Below are positions 1-16,176 of a stretch of DNA of 64,000 bases, piece by piece (the stretch's first letter is position 1; each line of letters opens with the position of its first letter). The notes below the pieces were generated by a model. It was not told the DNA's origin and ran no database searches. It saw only the letters and a program-made list of their open reading frames with translations. Location: assembly GCA_000004695.1 (NCBI GenBank), contig CM000151.3, positions 7,712,001-7,776,000 on the forward strand. The letters run 5' to 3'. The DNA is from Dictyostelium discoideum (Eukaryota). Made by a program: the position numbers and the translations under genes.

Positions 1-1576
1 AATCCCAACATCATTCTTTACAAATACAGGTAGTTCATTAAAAACTTTAACATTGTCACTATCACAACCAAGTTCCGGAGTTTGGACCCAAATAAATTCA
101 ATTGAGAATTTAAATTTAATTTTTTATGGAACAACTGTAAATCCCAATAATATTTTAAATATTAATGGAGCTTATTATCAAAAATTATCCAAATTGTAAG
201 TTTTTTTTTTTTATTTAAAAATTATTTAAAAATTAATTTTTTAAAAAAATTAAAATTTTATCTTTAAACAATAGAATTATATCTGGTTTAAAATCAAAGG
301 TAACAATTTCAGAAATGAGTTACTTGGAAAATGTCTCTATTGAATGTATGGGAAAAGATGACAACTATAAAGATTTCATTTTTCAAAATATAACAAGTAT
401 GGATAACTTAGTTTTTAATGGTTGCTCAATTAATAGTTTAAGTTTTCCAAATTCAAATTTAACTAATTTGTAGGTATTAGTAATATTGTATTTTTTAAAT
501 TTTTTTTTTTTTTTTTTTTATAAAAAAAAACAATAATAATAATATTAATTATTTTAATATTAAAATTTTAAATAATTATTAAAAATAGGGAAATTAATGA
601 TGGTGCATTAAGTACAACAAGTCCACCATCATTTCCAAAGAATGTTGAAATTTTAAAAGTTAATTCAACAGGATTTAAAAATTTTCCAAAAACAACTGAA
701 ATCCCAAATATAAAACAATTAATAATAACCAATGGTATTTTCATTTCACCAATTCAATCACTTGCACCATCATTATCAATTGCCAATGTTATTAATAGTG
801 GTTTAAATGGTGAATTACCACAATCATATTGCTCAGTGAATCAAATTAATTTATCATCAAATAATTTCACATCAATTCCTGATTGTTTCCTTTGTCATTG
901 GTCATATACAAATCAATGGTTTTCAAATAATGTACCAGTTAATTTATCCCCAAATTCAAGTTTTATTTGCAATTTTGGAATTGTTGGAAATAATAGTGGT
1001 AGTATTATTAATATTTTTGATAATTCAACAAATAGTACAATCACAACGTTTAAAGTATTAACCTATGGTGAAACTATTAAATTCAATGGTATAAATTTGG
1101 GTTGGAATTTTCAAAATCAAACAACTGGTTTAAAAATGATAAAACCAAATACACAATTTTCCTATGAATTCCCACCGGAATCTTTTAATAAAACAAATGA
1201 AACTTTAATATTTTCAACTGGTAGATCAATTAAAATCCAATGGATTTATTATCAATATGGAATTGAAAATGTTGATTTCATTCAAAAAACTGATGGTGTT
1301 TTTGCGAATTTCACAGGTTTATTTGATAGTTCATCAATTATTTCAATTAATGGTATAGTTTATTCTCCATTGGTTTTATCAAGTAGGAATATTCAAATTC
1401 AATTTAATAATTCTTTCCCTGAAGGTCCAATTCAATTTGATTTACAAACATTTCAAACTTATAAATTTAAATATTTAAAAAGCTTTTCAAGGTCTTATCC
1501 ATTAATTACATCTGCCTCAATTATTTCTGTAAATGATAGTAAAGTTACAATTTTTGGTTCATTCTTTAATAATGAA

Positions 1577-1608
<32 letters not shown>

Positions 1609-2758
1609 AATTAAACCAATTGTATTAATTAATAATATAAATTGTGATATTGTTTCATCAGATAATTTAAGTATAGTTGCAAGTATACCAAAGTTTAGTC
1701 AAGGTGGTTTTACAAATTTAACAGTTATTGATAATGGATATTATTTTTCATCACCATTGATAATATTTTATGAAAAACCAAAACCAACGGAATGTAATCC
1801 ATCTTGTGAAAATGGTGGTAAATGTTCCCAAGGATCTTGTGAATGTGTTGGTGATTATTCTGGTGCAACATGTTCATTTATTAAACCTTCAAATTCAACC
1901 TATAGTTTAATAATTGATAAAACAAAACCAAATGCAAAATATGATATGGAAAAGGGTGCATTTGATTTCTCTTTAACAAGTGTTCAAGAATTGGATCTTA
2001 ATAAGAATGTAGTGAAACAAATTAACATAACCCAATGGGATTATTTACCAGATCAACCTGTTGAAGGTTTAGGTAATTGCTCATTGTATTTCACAAATGA
2101 ATCAAATGTACTCATACAAGTTTATCTTTTCATACCAACAGATTCTGTAAAATACAATTTCGCTGGTTATTCATTAAATATTGATTCAGGTCAAGTTAAA
2201 GTTTTGGTTAATATAAGTAATTGGCAATATGAAACATCATTAAATGTTTTACGTGCAGTTTTTAAATCTTCATCATTACCATCGAATAAAACCTCATCAA
2301 GCAATAGTTGTGGTGATTCTGACACTAGTACATTAGAAACTACAAATAATCAATATAATGCATTGTTATCATTTACATTCCAAAGAAATGGTGTAATTCT
2401 ATATGGAGTTTTCATTGATAAAATGCTATCAAATGGTAGAGTTGCAATATCAACCGTAGAGTCTTTACCTGATTATGGTGATTCCAATAATAATTATTTT
2501 GGAATAAATATGCCTCATTGTACCATATGTTTATTAGATCCAAATTTAGGACCTTTAGTTAATCCAGGTTTTGATTGCTCTGGAAGACCTTGGGTATTAC
2601 CTGTGTCATTAGTGGTTTCAATAGTTGGTGCTCTCATAATTTCAGTGAGTCTTTTTGTTACTTTTAAAAAATATTATATTATTGCTCGTGATGGTAAAAC
2701 AATTAAATTCTCTAGAAGAAGAAAATCTAAAAGTAGTTCAAAAATGTCCACTCAATAG
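1..2758 (+). CDS. Type I transmembrane glycoprotein with an LRR-like N-terminal region, an EGF-like module (CNPSCENGGKCSQGSCECVGDYSGATC), one C-terminal TM helix and a short basic tail. The 5' end is partial and the gene continues upstream of the window. Exons are <2..195, 275..469 and 589..2758.
   Basis: An open frame runs from nt 2 (IPTSFFTNTGSSLKTLTL...). Intron 1 (196..274) has a GTAAGT donor and a caatag acceptor. Intron 2 (470..588) has a GTAGGT donor and an aaatag acceptor. Phases are consistent: tt|a gives Leu and tt|g gives Leu. The hydrophobic stretch PWVLPVSLVVSIVGALIISVSLFV is followed by KKYYIIARDGKTIKFSRRRKSKSS. The ORF-track 'start' at 836 is a GTG inside exon 3. Confidence 0.6.
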
Positions 2759-3082
2759 TTTTTATTTTAAAAAAGTAATAAAATAAAATTAATTAATTTT
2801 TTAAAATTGTTTTTATTTCCTTTTTTTCATAATGTTAATAAATTTTATAGATACATTAATCAACTTAGTTTTAATTTTTTTTTATATTATCAATAGTTAT
2901 AAAAGGTATTTTTTTTTGAGAAATTCAATCGAATAAAATTGTAATTGATTATTTTAATGCAGAGTATGTTTTGAAAATTCTGATCCTGGAATACAATTTT
3001 GCTAGTTTTTTTGTCTTATTAAAAAAAAAAATGAGTGTCCCAAGAAAACTAAAAACTTAGATATCCCTTAGATTTGATTGAA

Positions 3083-3093
3083 GGAATCGAACT
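3083..3093 (-). promoter_or_regulatory. External B box (exB) downstream of tRNA-Asp. The minus-strand sequence AGTTCGATTCC matches the B-box consensus GGTTCGANTCC at 10 of 11 positions.
   Basis: It lies about 27 nt 3' of the tRNA end. Dictyostelium tRNA genes characteristically carry an extra downstream B box. Confidence 0.6.
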
Positions 3094-3119
3094 AGCGATC
3101 TATTTTGATTTTTAAAAAG

Positions 3120-3191
3120 CTCCCTGTCCGGGAATTGAACCCGGGCCTTTCGCGTGACAGGCGAAAATCCTCACCACTAGACCAACAAGGA
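3120..3191 (-). tRNA. tRNA-Asp, anticodon GTC
   Basis: The reverse complement is TCCTTGTTGGTCTAGTGGTGAGGATTTTCGCCTGTCACGCGAAAGGCCCGGGTTCAATTCCCGGACAGGGAG (72 nt). It has a 7-bp acceptor stem, an anticodon loop CTGTCAC, a TTCAATT T-loop and discriminator G. A T5 run (CTTTTTA) follows immediately downstream. Confidence 0.9.
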
Positions 3192-3598
3192 AAAGCTGAT
3201 ATTCTGTGAATAAAATATGTAAAATTTGTATAATTTATCTAATTGAGTGATGTTATTAAAAAAAAAAAAAAAAGTATAATTTATCGATTTATTGAAGAAA
3301 AAAAGGGTGGAAATTAAGAACTAAAAAAAAAAAGTAAATTTGAACCAAGATTGATGAAGAAATTTTTGGATAATGCAATTTTTTGTTACTTCTCTTTGAG
3401 ATACTTGCTCTCATTTTATTTAGAGTTTTTTTCAGTTTTTTTTTTTTTTTTTTTTTTTTTGTTTTAGGGACTAGTAAAGAAATAGAGTCAGCAGCAGACT
3501 GACAAATTTTTTTAACTTTAATTCTTTCGTTTTAAAACTTTGTTGAAATACCATGTTTTTTTTTTCTTTTTAAAATCCAATTTTTTATTTTCAGAGAA

Positions 3599-3630
<32 letters not shown>

Positions 3631-3790
3631 TAAAAAAATTAAATTTGAAAAAAAAATTGGAATTAAAATTTCATTTCAAAAAAAAAAAATAAATTAAATA
3701 AACACAAATAAATAAAAAAAAATGGTAGATATTTATTACTTTAAAAACAAATTTTATTGATATGAAAAAAAAAAAAAAAAGAAAAACTAA

Positions 3791-3797
3791 TAATAAT

Positions 3798-3880
<83 letters not shown>
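3791..3880. repeat. (AAT)n microsatellite of about 30 units, probably inside intron 1 of the elongin-B-like gene
   Basis: Direct reading of aataataat... The ORF-track poly-Tyr ORF at 3803..4015(-) is a translation artefact of this repeat. Confidence 0.9.
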
Positions 3881-3895
3881 GTCATTATACTTTAG

Positions 3896-4318
3896 AATTA
3901 AAAGAAATGAACAAACTATATTTTTATCAGCAGAACCAAATGATACAATTTTAAAATTAAAGAATGACGTTGCAAATATTAATAAGTTGACAGATGGTAA
4001 TATCTCTGAATACATTAGATTCTTTTTCGGTGGAAGCCCATTAGATGATAAAAAGACAATCTCTCAACTCCATGTCCCAAATGACTCTATAATTTTTATG
4101 GTATATAAAAATGGTAATATTTTTATTATTTTTATTATTATTATTATTACTATTATTAGGATTATTATTAGTATTTAACTATTTTTCTTACTTTATTCAA
4201 TAATAATACTAAATATACTAATTCACCCTATAAACTTTTAACTAAAAATAAAAATAATAATGATAATAATACAGGTGATTCATACGAAGAAATTGCCCCA
4301 TCACTCCTTAATCCATAA
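3896..4318 (+). CDS. Elongin-B-like ubiquitin-like protein (exons 2-3). Exons are 3896..4113 and 4275..4318. A candidate first exon, ATGGTAGATATTTATTACTTTAA at 3722..3744, cannot be joined with a canonical donor.
   Basis: Translation gives IKRNEQTIFLSAEPNDTILKLKNDVANINKLTDGNISEYIRFFFGGSPLDDKKTISQLHVPNDSIIFMVYKNG|GDSYEEIAPSLLNP*. This aligns with elongin B ([51 protein letters not shown]...). The donor is G|GTAATA at 4114 and the acceptor is aatacag| at 4274, both phase 1. Acceptor tttag| at 3895 needs an upstream exon that ends in phase 2. Confidence 0.55.
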
Positions 4319-4423
4319 ATAAATAAAAATAAAATAAAATAAAAAAATAAAAAATAAAAAACTTACAAAATAATAAGTTTCATCAATATTCTTATTTTTT
4401 TGAACTTCGATTATTCAAACAAA

Positions 4424-4478
<55 letters not shown>

Positions 4479-4537
4479 TTATACTTTGCAAGGGCTTTCT
4501 GCAAGCACAGCAAAAAAATTTTAATTTCATTTTTTTT

Positions 4538-4576
<39 letters not shown>

Positions 4577-4837
4577 TTTATTTTTTTAATTTTTTAATTT
4601 TTTTTTTTTTTTTTTTTTTTTTTTTCCATAATTAAATAATCATCACATATTATTTTATATATTTGATTTAAATCACACTTTGTAAAGCCAGTTGTGTTTT
4701 TTATAATATATTTATATTAATTGTTTATTCCAAACCAATTGTGTTGATATAAAACAAAAATTTAATTTATTACTCAACTTTTTTTTTTTTTTTTTTGTAA
4801 GTTCAATACATTCATAACACTAAATAATTTTCGTCTG

Positions 4838-4878
<41 letters not shown>

Positions 4879-5197
4879 CAAAAGAATCACAAAATAAAAC
4901 AAAAAAAAATATTACAATTTTTTATTATTATAAAATTATATATTTTTTTATTTTTTTTATTTTTTTTTTTTTTTTTTGTGTTGAAAATCATTTTGATTTT
5001 TTTTTTTTTTTAATTTTTTAATTTTTTAAAAATTCATTTCACTCGCAATAGCAATATTAACATCTCATATTTTTTATTTATTTATTTATTTATTTTTTTT
5101 ATTTTTTTATACTTTAATCTAAAAATTAATTTTTAATAATTAAAATCAACATTAGATACAAATAGGGATTTGTATATAAATATATATATATAAAGAA

Positions 5198-10630
<5,433 letters not shown>

Positions 10631-10744
10631 ATAAAAAAAAAATAAAATAAAATAAAAAAAAATAGTATAATAAAATAAAAAAAAAAATTAAAAAAAAAAA
10701 AATTTACCTTTGTCTAATCTTTGTTATTTTTTTTTTTTTTTCCA

Positions 10745-10870
10745 TTGTAATTTTATTTATTTTTTATTTGTTTAAATTGGGGTGTTTATTTTTTTTTTAT
10801 TTTTTGTTTGAATTGGGGTGTTTAATTTATTTTATAAATAGGATTGATAAAAAAAAAAAACAAGGGTGTT
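10745..10870. repeat. Tandem, imperfect ~45-bp repeat of two and a half copies containing a TTGGGGTGTTTA core, immediately 3' of the chcA stop
   Basis: The copies are tttattttttatttgtttaaattggggtgtttatttttt and ttttttgtttgaattggggtgtttaatttatttt, followed by a related caagggtgttgatttt. Confidence 0.6.
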
Positions 10871-11057
10871 GATTTTATTTTAAAAAAAGATTAAATTTTA
10901 ACAAATAAACAATTAAAATATTTTAATTAATAAATTATTATTATATTTTTTATATTTTTTTTTGGGTATAAAATGAAAAAAAAATTTATAATTTCATTTC
11001 AAAACAAATAAAAAAAAAACAAATAAAAAAAAAAAGTTTAATACATCTTTGAAAAAA

Positions 11058-11540
11058 ATGAAATCAATAGTTTTAATATTACTTGGTTTGTTGTTAACAA
11101 TTGCTTTCGTTGCTGCTCAAGAAGAGGATAGAGGTAGACCACCATATCAATGTCCAAAGAATTGTGGTGGAGGCCATACCTGCCATATTAAAAATAATGA
11201 CTGCCATTGTAGAAAATTTGGTGATATCAATGATATTAAATTAGAATATTGTAGATTAAATTCATGGGTTGATGGAGCATGCGGTAAAACTTATACCCAA
11301 TGGGATATTAAAATTGTAAATTGTGGAGATTGTGATTTACATGAAATTTATATTGGTTATGATTACACATTAAGATTAAGAGATTCAAGTTCAATTTGGA
11401 ATATCGCTCGTTTACCATATGGTGTCTTAACTCTTCCATCATATCAAACCTCAATTAATGCTGGTGCCTCTTATACATTTGGTTTCATTATTGAAGGTAC
11501 TCAAAAACCAAATTTAGACATTTTATATGTCAGATTTTAA
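11058..11540 (+). CDS. Small secreted cysteine-rich protein with a signal peptide, a Cys-rich N-terminal module and a C-terminal beta-rich domain. Function unknown.
   Basis: The ATG is at 11058; the ORF-track start at 11049 is TTG. The protein begins MKSIVLILLGLLLTIAFVAAQEE, followed by CPKNCGGGHTCHIKNNDCHCRKFGD...GACGKTYTQWDIKIVNCGDCDLHEIYIGYDYTLRLRD... It is one exon of 160 aa. Confidence 0.6.
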   Translation: MKSIVLILLGLLLTIAFVAAQEEDRGRPPYQCPKNCGGGHTCHIKNNDCHCRKFGDINDIKLEYCRLNSWVDGACGKTYTQWDIKIVNCGDCDLHEIYIGYDYTLRLRDSSSIWNIARLPYGVLTLPSYQTSINAGASYTFGFIIEGTQKPNLDILYVRF

Positions 11541-11792
11541 TCTTTAAAGATTTAAAAAAAAAAAAGAAAAGATATTAAGGTTTAGAAAATATTTCTTTTT
11601 TTTTTTTTTACCACATCATTAATTTAATAAAAATTAATCACTTTATTATTAAAAAGAATTAATATTTGTTTTTTTATTTTTTTTTTTAATTATTATTTTT
11701 TTATTTTTTTTTTTTTGTTTATTTTTTTTTTTATTTTTTGTTTTATATATAAATATATATTATTATTTATCTTTTTTTTTTTTTTTTTTAAA

Positions 11793-14700
11793 TTATTCTT
11801 CATCATCAAACTCGCTAACTTCTGTGGAATCAACAACATTATCATCTTCAAGGAAAACATCGTCAAGATTAACTGAATATGGACCAGAAGTAATTCTATC
11901 GAAACCATAGATTTCATTTATAGTATTTTTAACTTCTTCAATTGAAGGAGATGGTGGAGGAGATGGAATTTGATAAGTTCTTGAGATGATATCTTTAAAG
12001 AATTCAGAGTTTTCAGATAATACTACAAAAACAAATTTTAAGAAAAGGTTGATATCTGGATTGTTTTGGTTGAAAGAGATCTTTACATGTTTTGATTGTT
12101 GAACTGCATTGGTATCATTGGTTGGGTTACCATTTTCATCCAAGAACTCAATACCAAAGGAATCAGTGAAAACCAAATCAACATATGGACAAATATTTTT
12201 AAGGGTAATATTTTCATCAGGTGATATAGATTGACTTTGTAAAAATTTGGAAAAGTAATTAACAAAAGAATATTGTTCAGGTTTACCTGGAATAACAGTA
12301 TTATCGATTAAAATTGATTTAAATCTGTAGAGATGTTTCAAAGATTCAACAACTTTTTCAACGGCCAATAAAGATTTAAGATTATATTCTTCGGTGGCTT
12401 TATCTGAAGAACCACCATTAATCATATCGAATGAATCTTGAATTGAGTTCAAAAAGATGAATAATTCTTTGTCGATAAAGTTTGAAGGAATAAAACAGAA
12501 ACCAGATTTATTATCATGAGAGATAATGAATTGATAATGATCGGAAATGATTAAATTAATATTCTTCCATTTGAAATCAGATAAACGTTGACTGATAAAT
12601 TGAATGGATTCTTTCCATTCAACATTGGTTGAACTCTCTTCTGAAGAAGCACCTGACAATTGATCTTGAATTCTTTGGAAAATGGATACTTGTTTTTGTG
12701 GTTTTTGTTCGTCAAGATTTGAAAGTTTTGAGAAGAAGTCATCTAAATCTGATGAAATACCTGGTGAGTTTTTAGCATCTTTAAGAATGGATTTGATATT
12801 GAGTGAAGAGACTTGAGTAGTAGGGGTGGTATTTTGATCTTTTGCTAATGTATCATCGATATTTTTTGTTGACATAAAATCAATTGTAGATACAATATCT
12901 GGTTTAATAATATTAGTGGCTTCAATTGGAATAATATTATTTTGACCAAAGACAATATTGGCTTCCTTGGCATATTGTTTGGAATCACTATCGATAGTGT
13001 CTTCTTGAGATTTTTGAGTTTTAATAGTGGTGAATTTATCAAGTTCTTTCATTTCATTTTCAAAATCTTTATTTTTTGAAAATGAATTTCTTAAATCAAG
13101 TTTATCGGCAATGGTTGAATTACTTGGATCGGGGATTTCTGAATCGATGTGAATTGGTGTATCTTTATCAAGATTACTTTTTTTGAGGTTTGGAAGTCTT
13201 TCTTTTAATGAGACCAATGGATGAGGAATTGGTTTTTGAGAGAGAAGGAATGGTACATCAGTTGGTGTTTCAAAGAGTTTAGTTAAACGTTCAACGGATG
13301 ATAAAGACTTTGTGATGAATGGAGTTGTTTGAAGGGAATCAAATTGATTTCTATTGACAAGAGTCAATGGTTTTTCACGAAGATCTGAAGTAGTTGGTTG
13401 AGCTTCAGGATTGGTAAGCTTTTCCATGGTTTTATGAATACGTTCTATTTTTGTACTATTTGATTCTTGTAATGGAACACGAGCGTCTTTAACAAAATCT
13501 TCTTCACGAGAGGCGATATATTCAATCTTCTCTTGAGTGTTTGTGATGACATTATTGATTTTCCAACGTTGAAATTCGATATCTTTAAAGTTGGTCAATG
13601 GTAATTGTTTCCAAGCTTCTGCCTTGACAGAGTCTAACAATTGAACCATTGGAATTTTCAATTCACCAACCAAGGTCAAAGAACTATTAAAAGTATCACG
13701 TACTTTCTCCATAGTTTTTTGATTGATTGAGAAGAGATTCTCAACGACGACACTACTTGAACCTAGTAAATTCTCTAATTTAATGGTTTTCTCTTCCAAT
13801 GCTTTATGATTATTATCTACGATGGAGAAGATATTTTTAAAGTTATTGTTGGTCTTTGGAATTACAACATTCTTAATGTAGGTCAATGTCTTTACTGGAC
13901 TGAAATCTTTCTCCAATACAACGAAACCTTTTGCTGTTAATGTTGGTTCCATAATATTGTAGAATTCTGGATTGACAATAGCAATTGGTAATGAACTCCA
14001 TTCTTGGAATTCCAATGCTAATAAATTCTCTTTCAAATGAACGATTTGAAGCTCTGCTTCCTCTCTAAGATTGAGACTACGCATTATATCGATATCACCC
14101 TTTGCATTCTCTCCAAAGTAAAAGAAAACTCTATTCTCTTGGAATTGATCCATAAGTCTTTGATGTTCATATAAATGATGTGATGTTAATCTATCTTGGG
14201 TAACTGGGAATTGCTTAATGAATTCATCCAAATCTGTTGTTATTGATGCCTTTTTATCTGGATTCTCTGCATAATATTCTTCCCATGGATCATCATAAAT
14301 TTCTTTTGAAACTGGTTCTGGATTTTTTAATAATTCTTTTTCTGCTTTTGAAACACCAATACCTGATTTCTCTATTAATGAAAAAATTTGTCTATAAATC
14401 GAATATCTATAAAAATAATAAATAATAAAAAATAATACATATATATTATATATATATATATGTCAATATAAATTTATATAAAATTAAATTCATTATAATT
14501 CAATCAATTTGTTTTTTTAAATATTACCTTAATTCTGTAACATATTGAACTAATGAAGATTTTGAAGTTAAAATTGAATCAGGAGCATCAATAAAATTAA
14601 AATCTTGACTGATTTCAACTGTACCACCATCTTCTTCATATTCAACAATGAAATTTAATGTTGATTGAGTTGGAATTTTATCTAATTTAGTGATGACAGA

Positions 14701-15267
14701 ATCTTCATTTTCAGATACTTCAACGTATTCTTCCAATGTACGTAATAAATTGTTCAATTTGGTTAAAGATGCTTGATTGATAGCTCTAGAGGTTTCATCG
14801 TTGTGGAAAATATCTGGATGTACTTTGATAAAGAAACGATTTAAATAGGAACGTAATGATTTTTCAATTTTTTTTGATGTGTGATAGTATGGTGCTTGTT
14901 GATCATTTATTTCGATCTTTGGTGTTTCAATATGGATTTCTTCGTCAAAGATCTTTTCTTGATCTCTACCTGCTTGATTTGGTTCAAATGATTCGAATGA
15001 TTCGACTGGTTTAAATGTTTTTGATTTATTATAATATTTGAGTAATGCTTCCTCACCTTCTTGAACTGATTTAATATAACCAAGATTTATTGGTTGATCT
15101 GATTCGTTAACATTTGATGATGATGGTGTTGTTGAATATAATCTATTGGAATTAAATTTATTTAATGGTGAAAGAACATTATAATATTGAGTGTTGTTGT
15201 TGTTTGAAAATCTAACTAATAATGTCTTTTTTTCAACTTTACCAAATAGTCTACGAATTTGACTCAT
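11793..15267 (-). CDS. Large protein (~1120 aa) with an N-terminal J-domain-like segment carrying an HPD motif, a possible mitochondrial presequence and an acidic C-terminus. Exons are complement(14528..15267) and complement(11793..14406).
   Basis: Exon 1 encodes MSQIRRLFGKVEKKTLLVRFS...KKIEKSLRSYLNRFFIKVHPDIFHNDETSRAINQASLTKLNNLLRTLEEYV, which follows the helix II-HPD-helix III pattern of a J domain. It ends ...LVQYVTEL with the donor AG|GTAATA (phase 2). The intron spans 14407..14527. The acceptor ttttatag|ATATTCG lets translation continue (R)YSIYRQIFSLIEKSGIGVSKAEKELLKNPEPVSKEIYDDPWEEYYAENPDKKASITTDLDEFIKQFPV..., which runs straight into the 812-aa ORF-track ORF. The ORF-track 'M' at 15279 is GTG, and the first ATG is at 15267. 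Confidence 0.6.
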
Positions 15268-15344
15268 TTTCTTATTCACACAAACATATATATATTCTCA
15301 AACAATATATATGACCTGTGAATTTGTAGAAAATAATATTAATA

Positions 15345-15385
<41 letters not shown>

Positions 15386-15569
15386 AAAAATTTTTCGTTT
15401 TTGTGGAAAAAAAAAAAAAAAAAAAAAATGAAAAATAAAAAATTAAATAAAAAAAAAAAAATAAAAAAACAATCAAAAAATAAATTCGAATTTCAGTTTT
15501 CACTGTTTCATTTTTATTTTTATTTTTATTTTTTTTATTTTTAGTTTTATTTTTTAGTTTTTATTAACT

Positions 15570-16144
15570 TTACATTAAATTACAAGATGATGATGATGAT
15601 GATGAAGTTGATGATAATTTCGAATTTATTGATTTTTCAATTAATTTAATTTGATTTTGTGGCATTTTTGAAGAGAATTCTAATGTTCCAGCCAATGAAT
15701 ATAATTGTTGAAGTGCAGAGGGCTGATAAGTTGCTTTATTATTTAAATCGGGTATTAAATCATTTTGAAGTAGTGCTATTGCAATTGGTTTCATTGGATC
15801 ACGTTTACGAATCTCTGTGAAATAATTTGTAAAGTTATTATATGAATTACTTGAACCTTGTAGAGTGAAACACACAATAAACAAATCTGTAGTATCAAAA
15901 TCCGATTGTGATAATGATGTTGATTTCTCTTTAAATCTAAGTTTACTATTATATGATTTACCTACATAGTTTAAATTATTTACAAATGTAGTTTTACCAA
16001 TTCCTGAATCACCAATTATATAAATTATTTTCTCTTTATTTGTCACTTTATTCTTTTTTATTGTTTCTAAATTTGTTTCATTAATGATTCTACTTTCAAA
16101 ATCAAATAATTTCATTGAATTCATTGATGAAGTTATTGTTAATG

Positions 16145-16176
<32 letters not shown>

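Noticed and set aside
3803-4015. ORF-track poly-Tyr ORF, and similar homopolymer ORFs at 46088..46381, 31915..32196(-), 55908..56111(-), 58351..58858(+), 17096..17380 and 16363..16545
   Set aside because: They are alternative-frame or antisense translations of (AAT)n, (ATT)n or (ACC)n microsatellites. They have no start context or splice logic and are pure low complexity.
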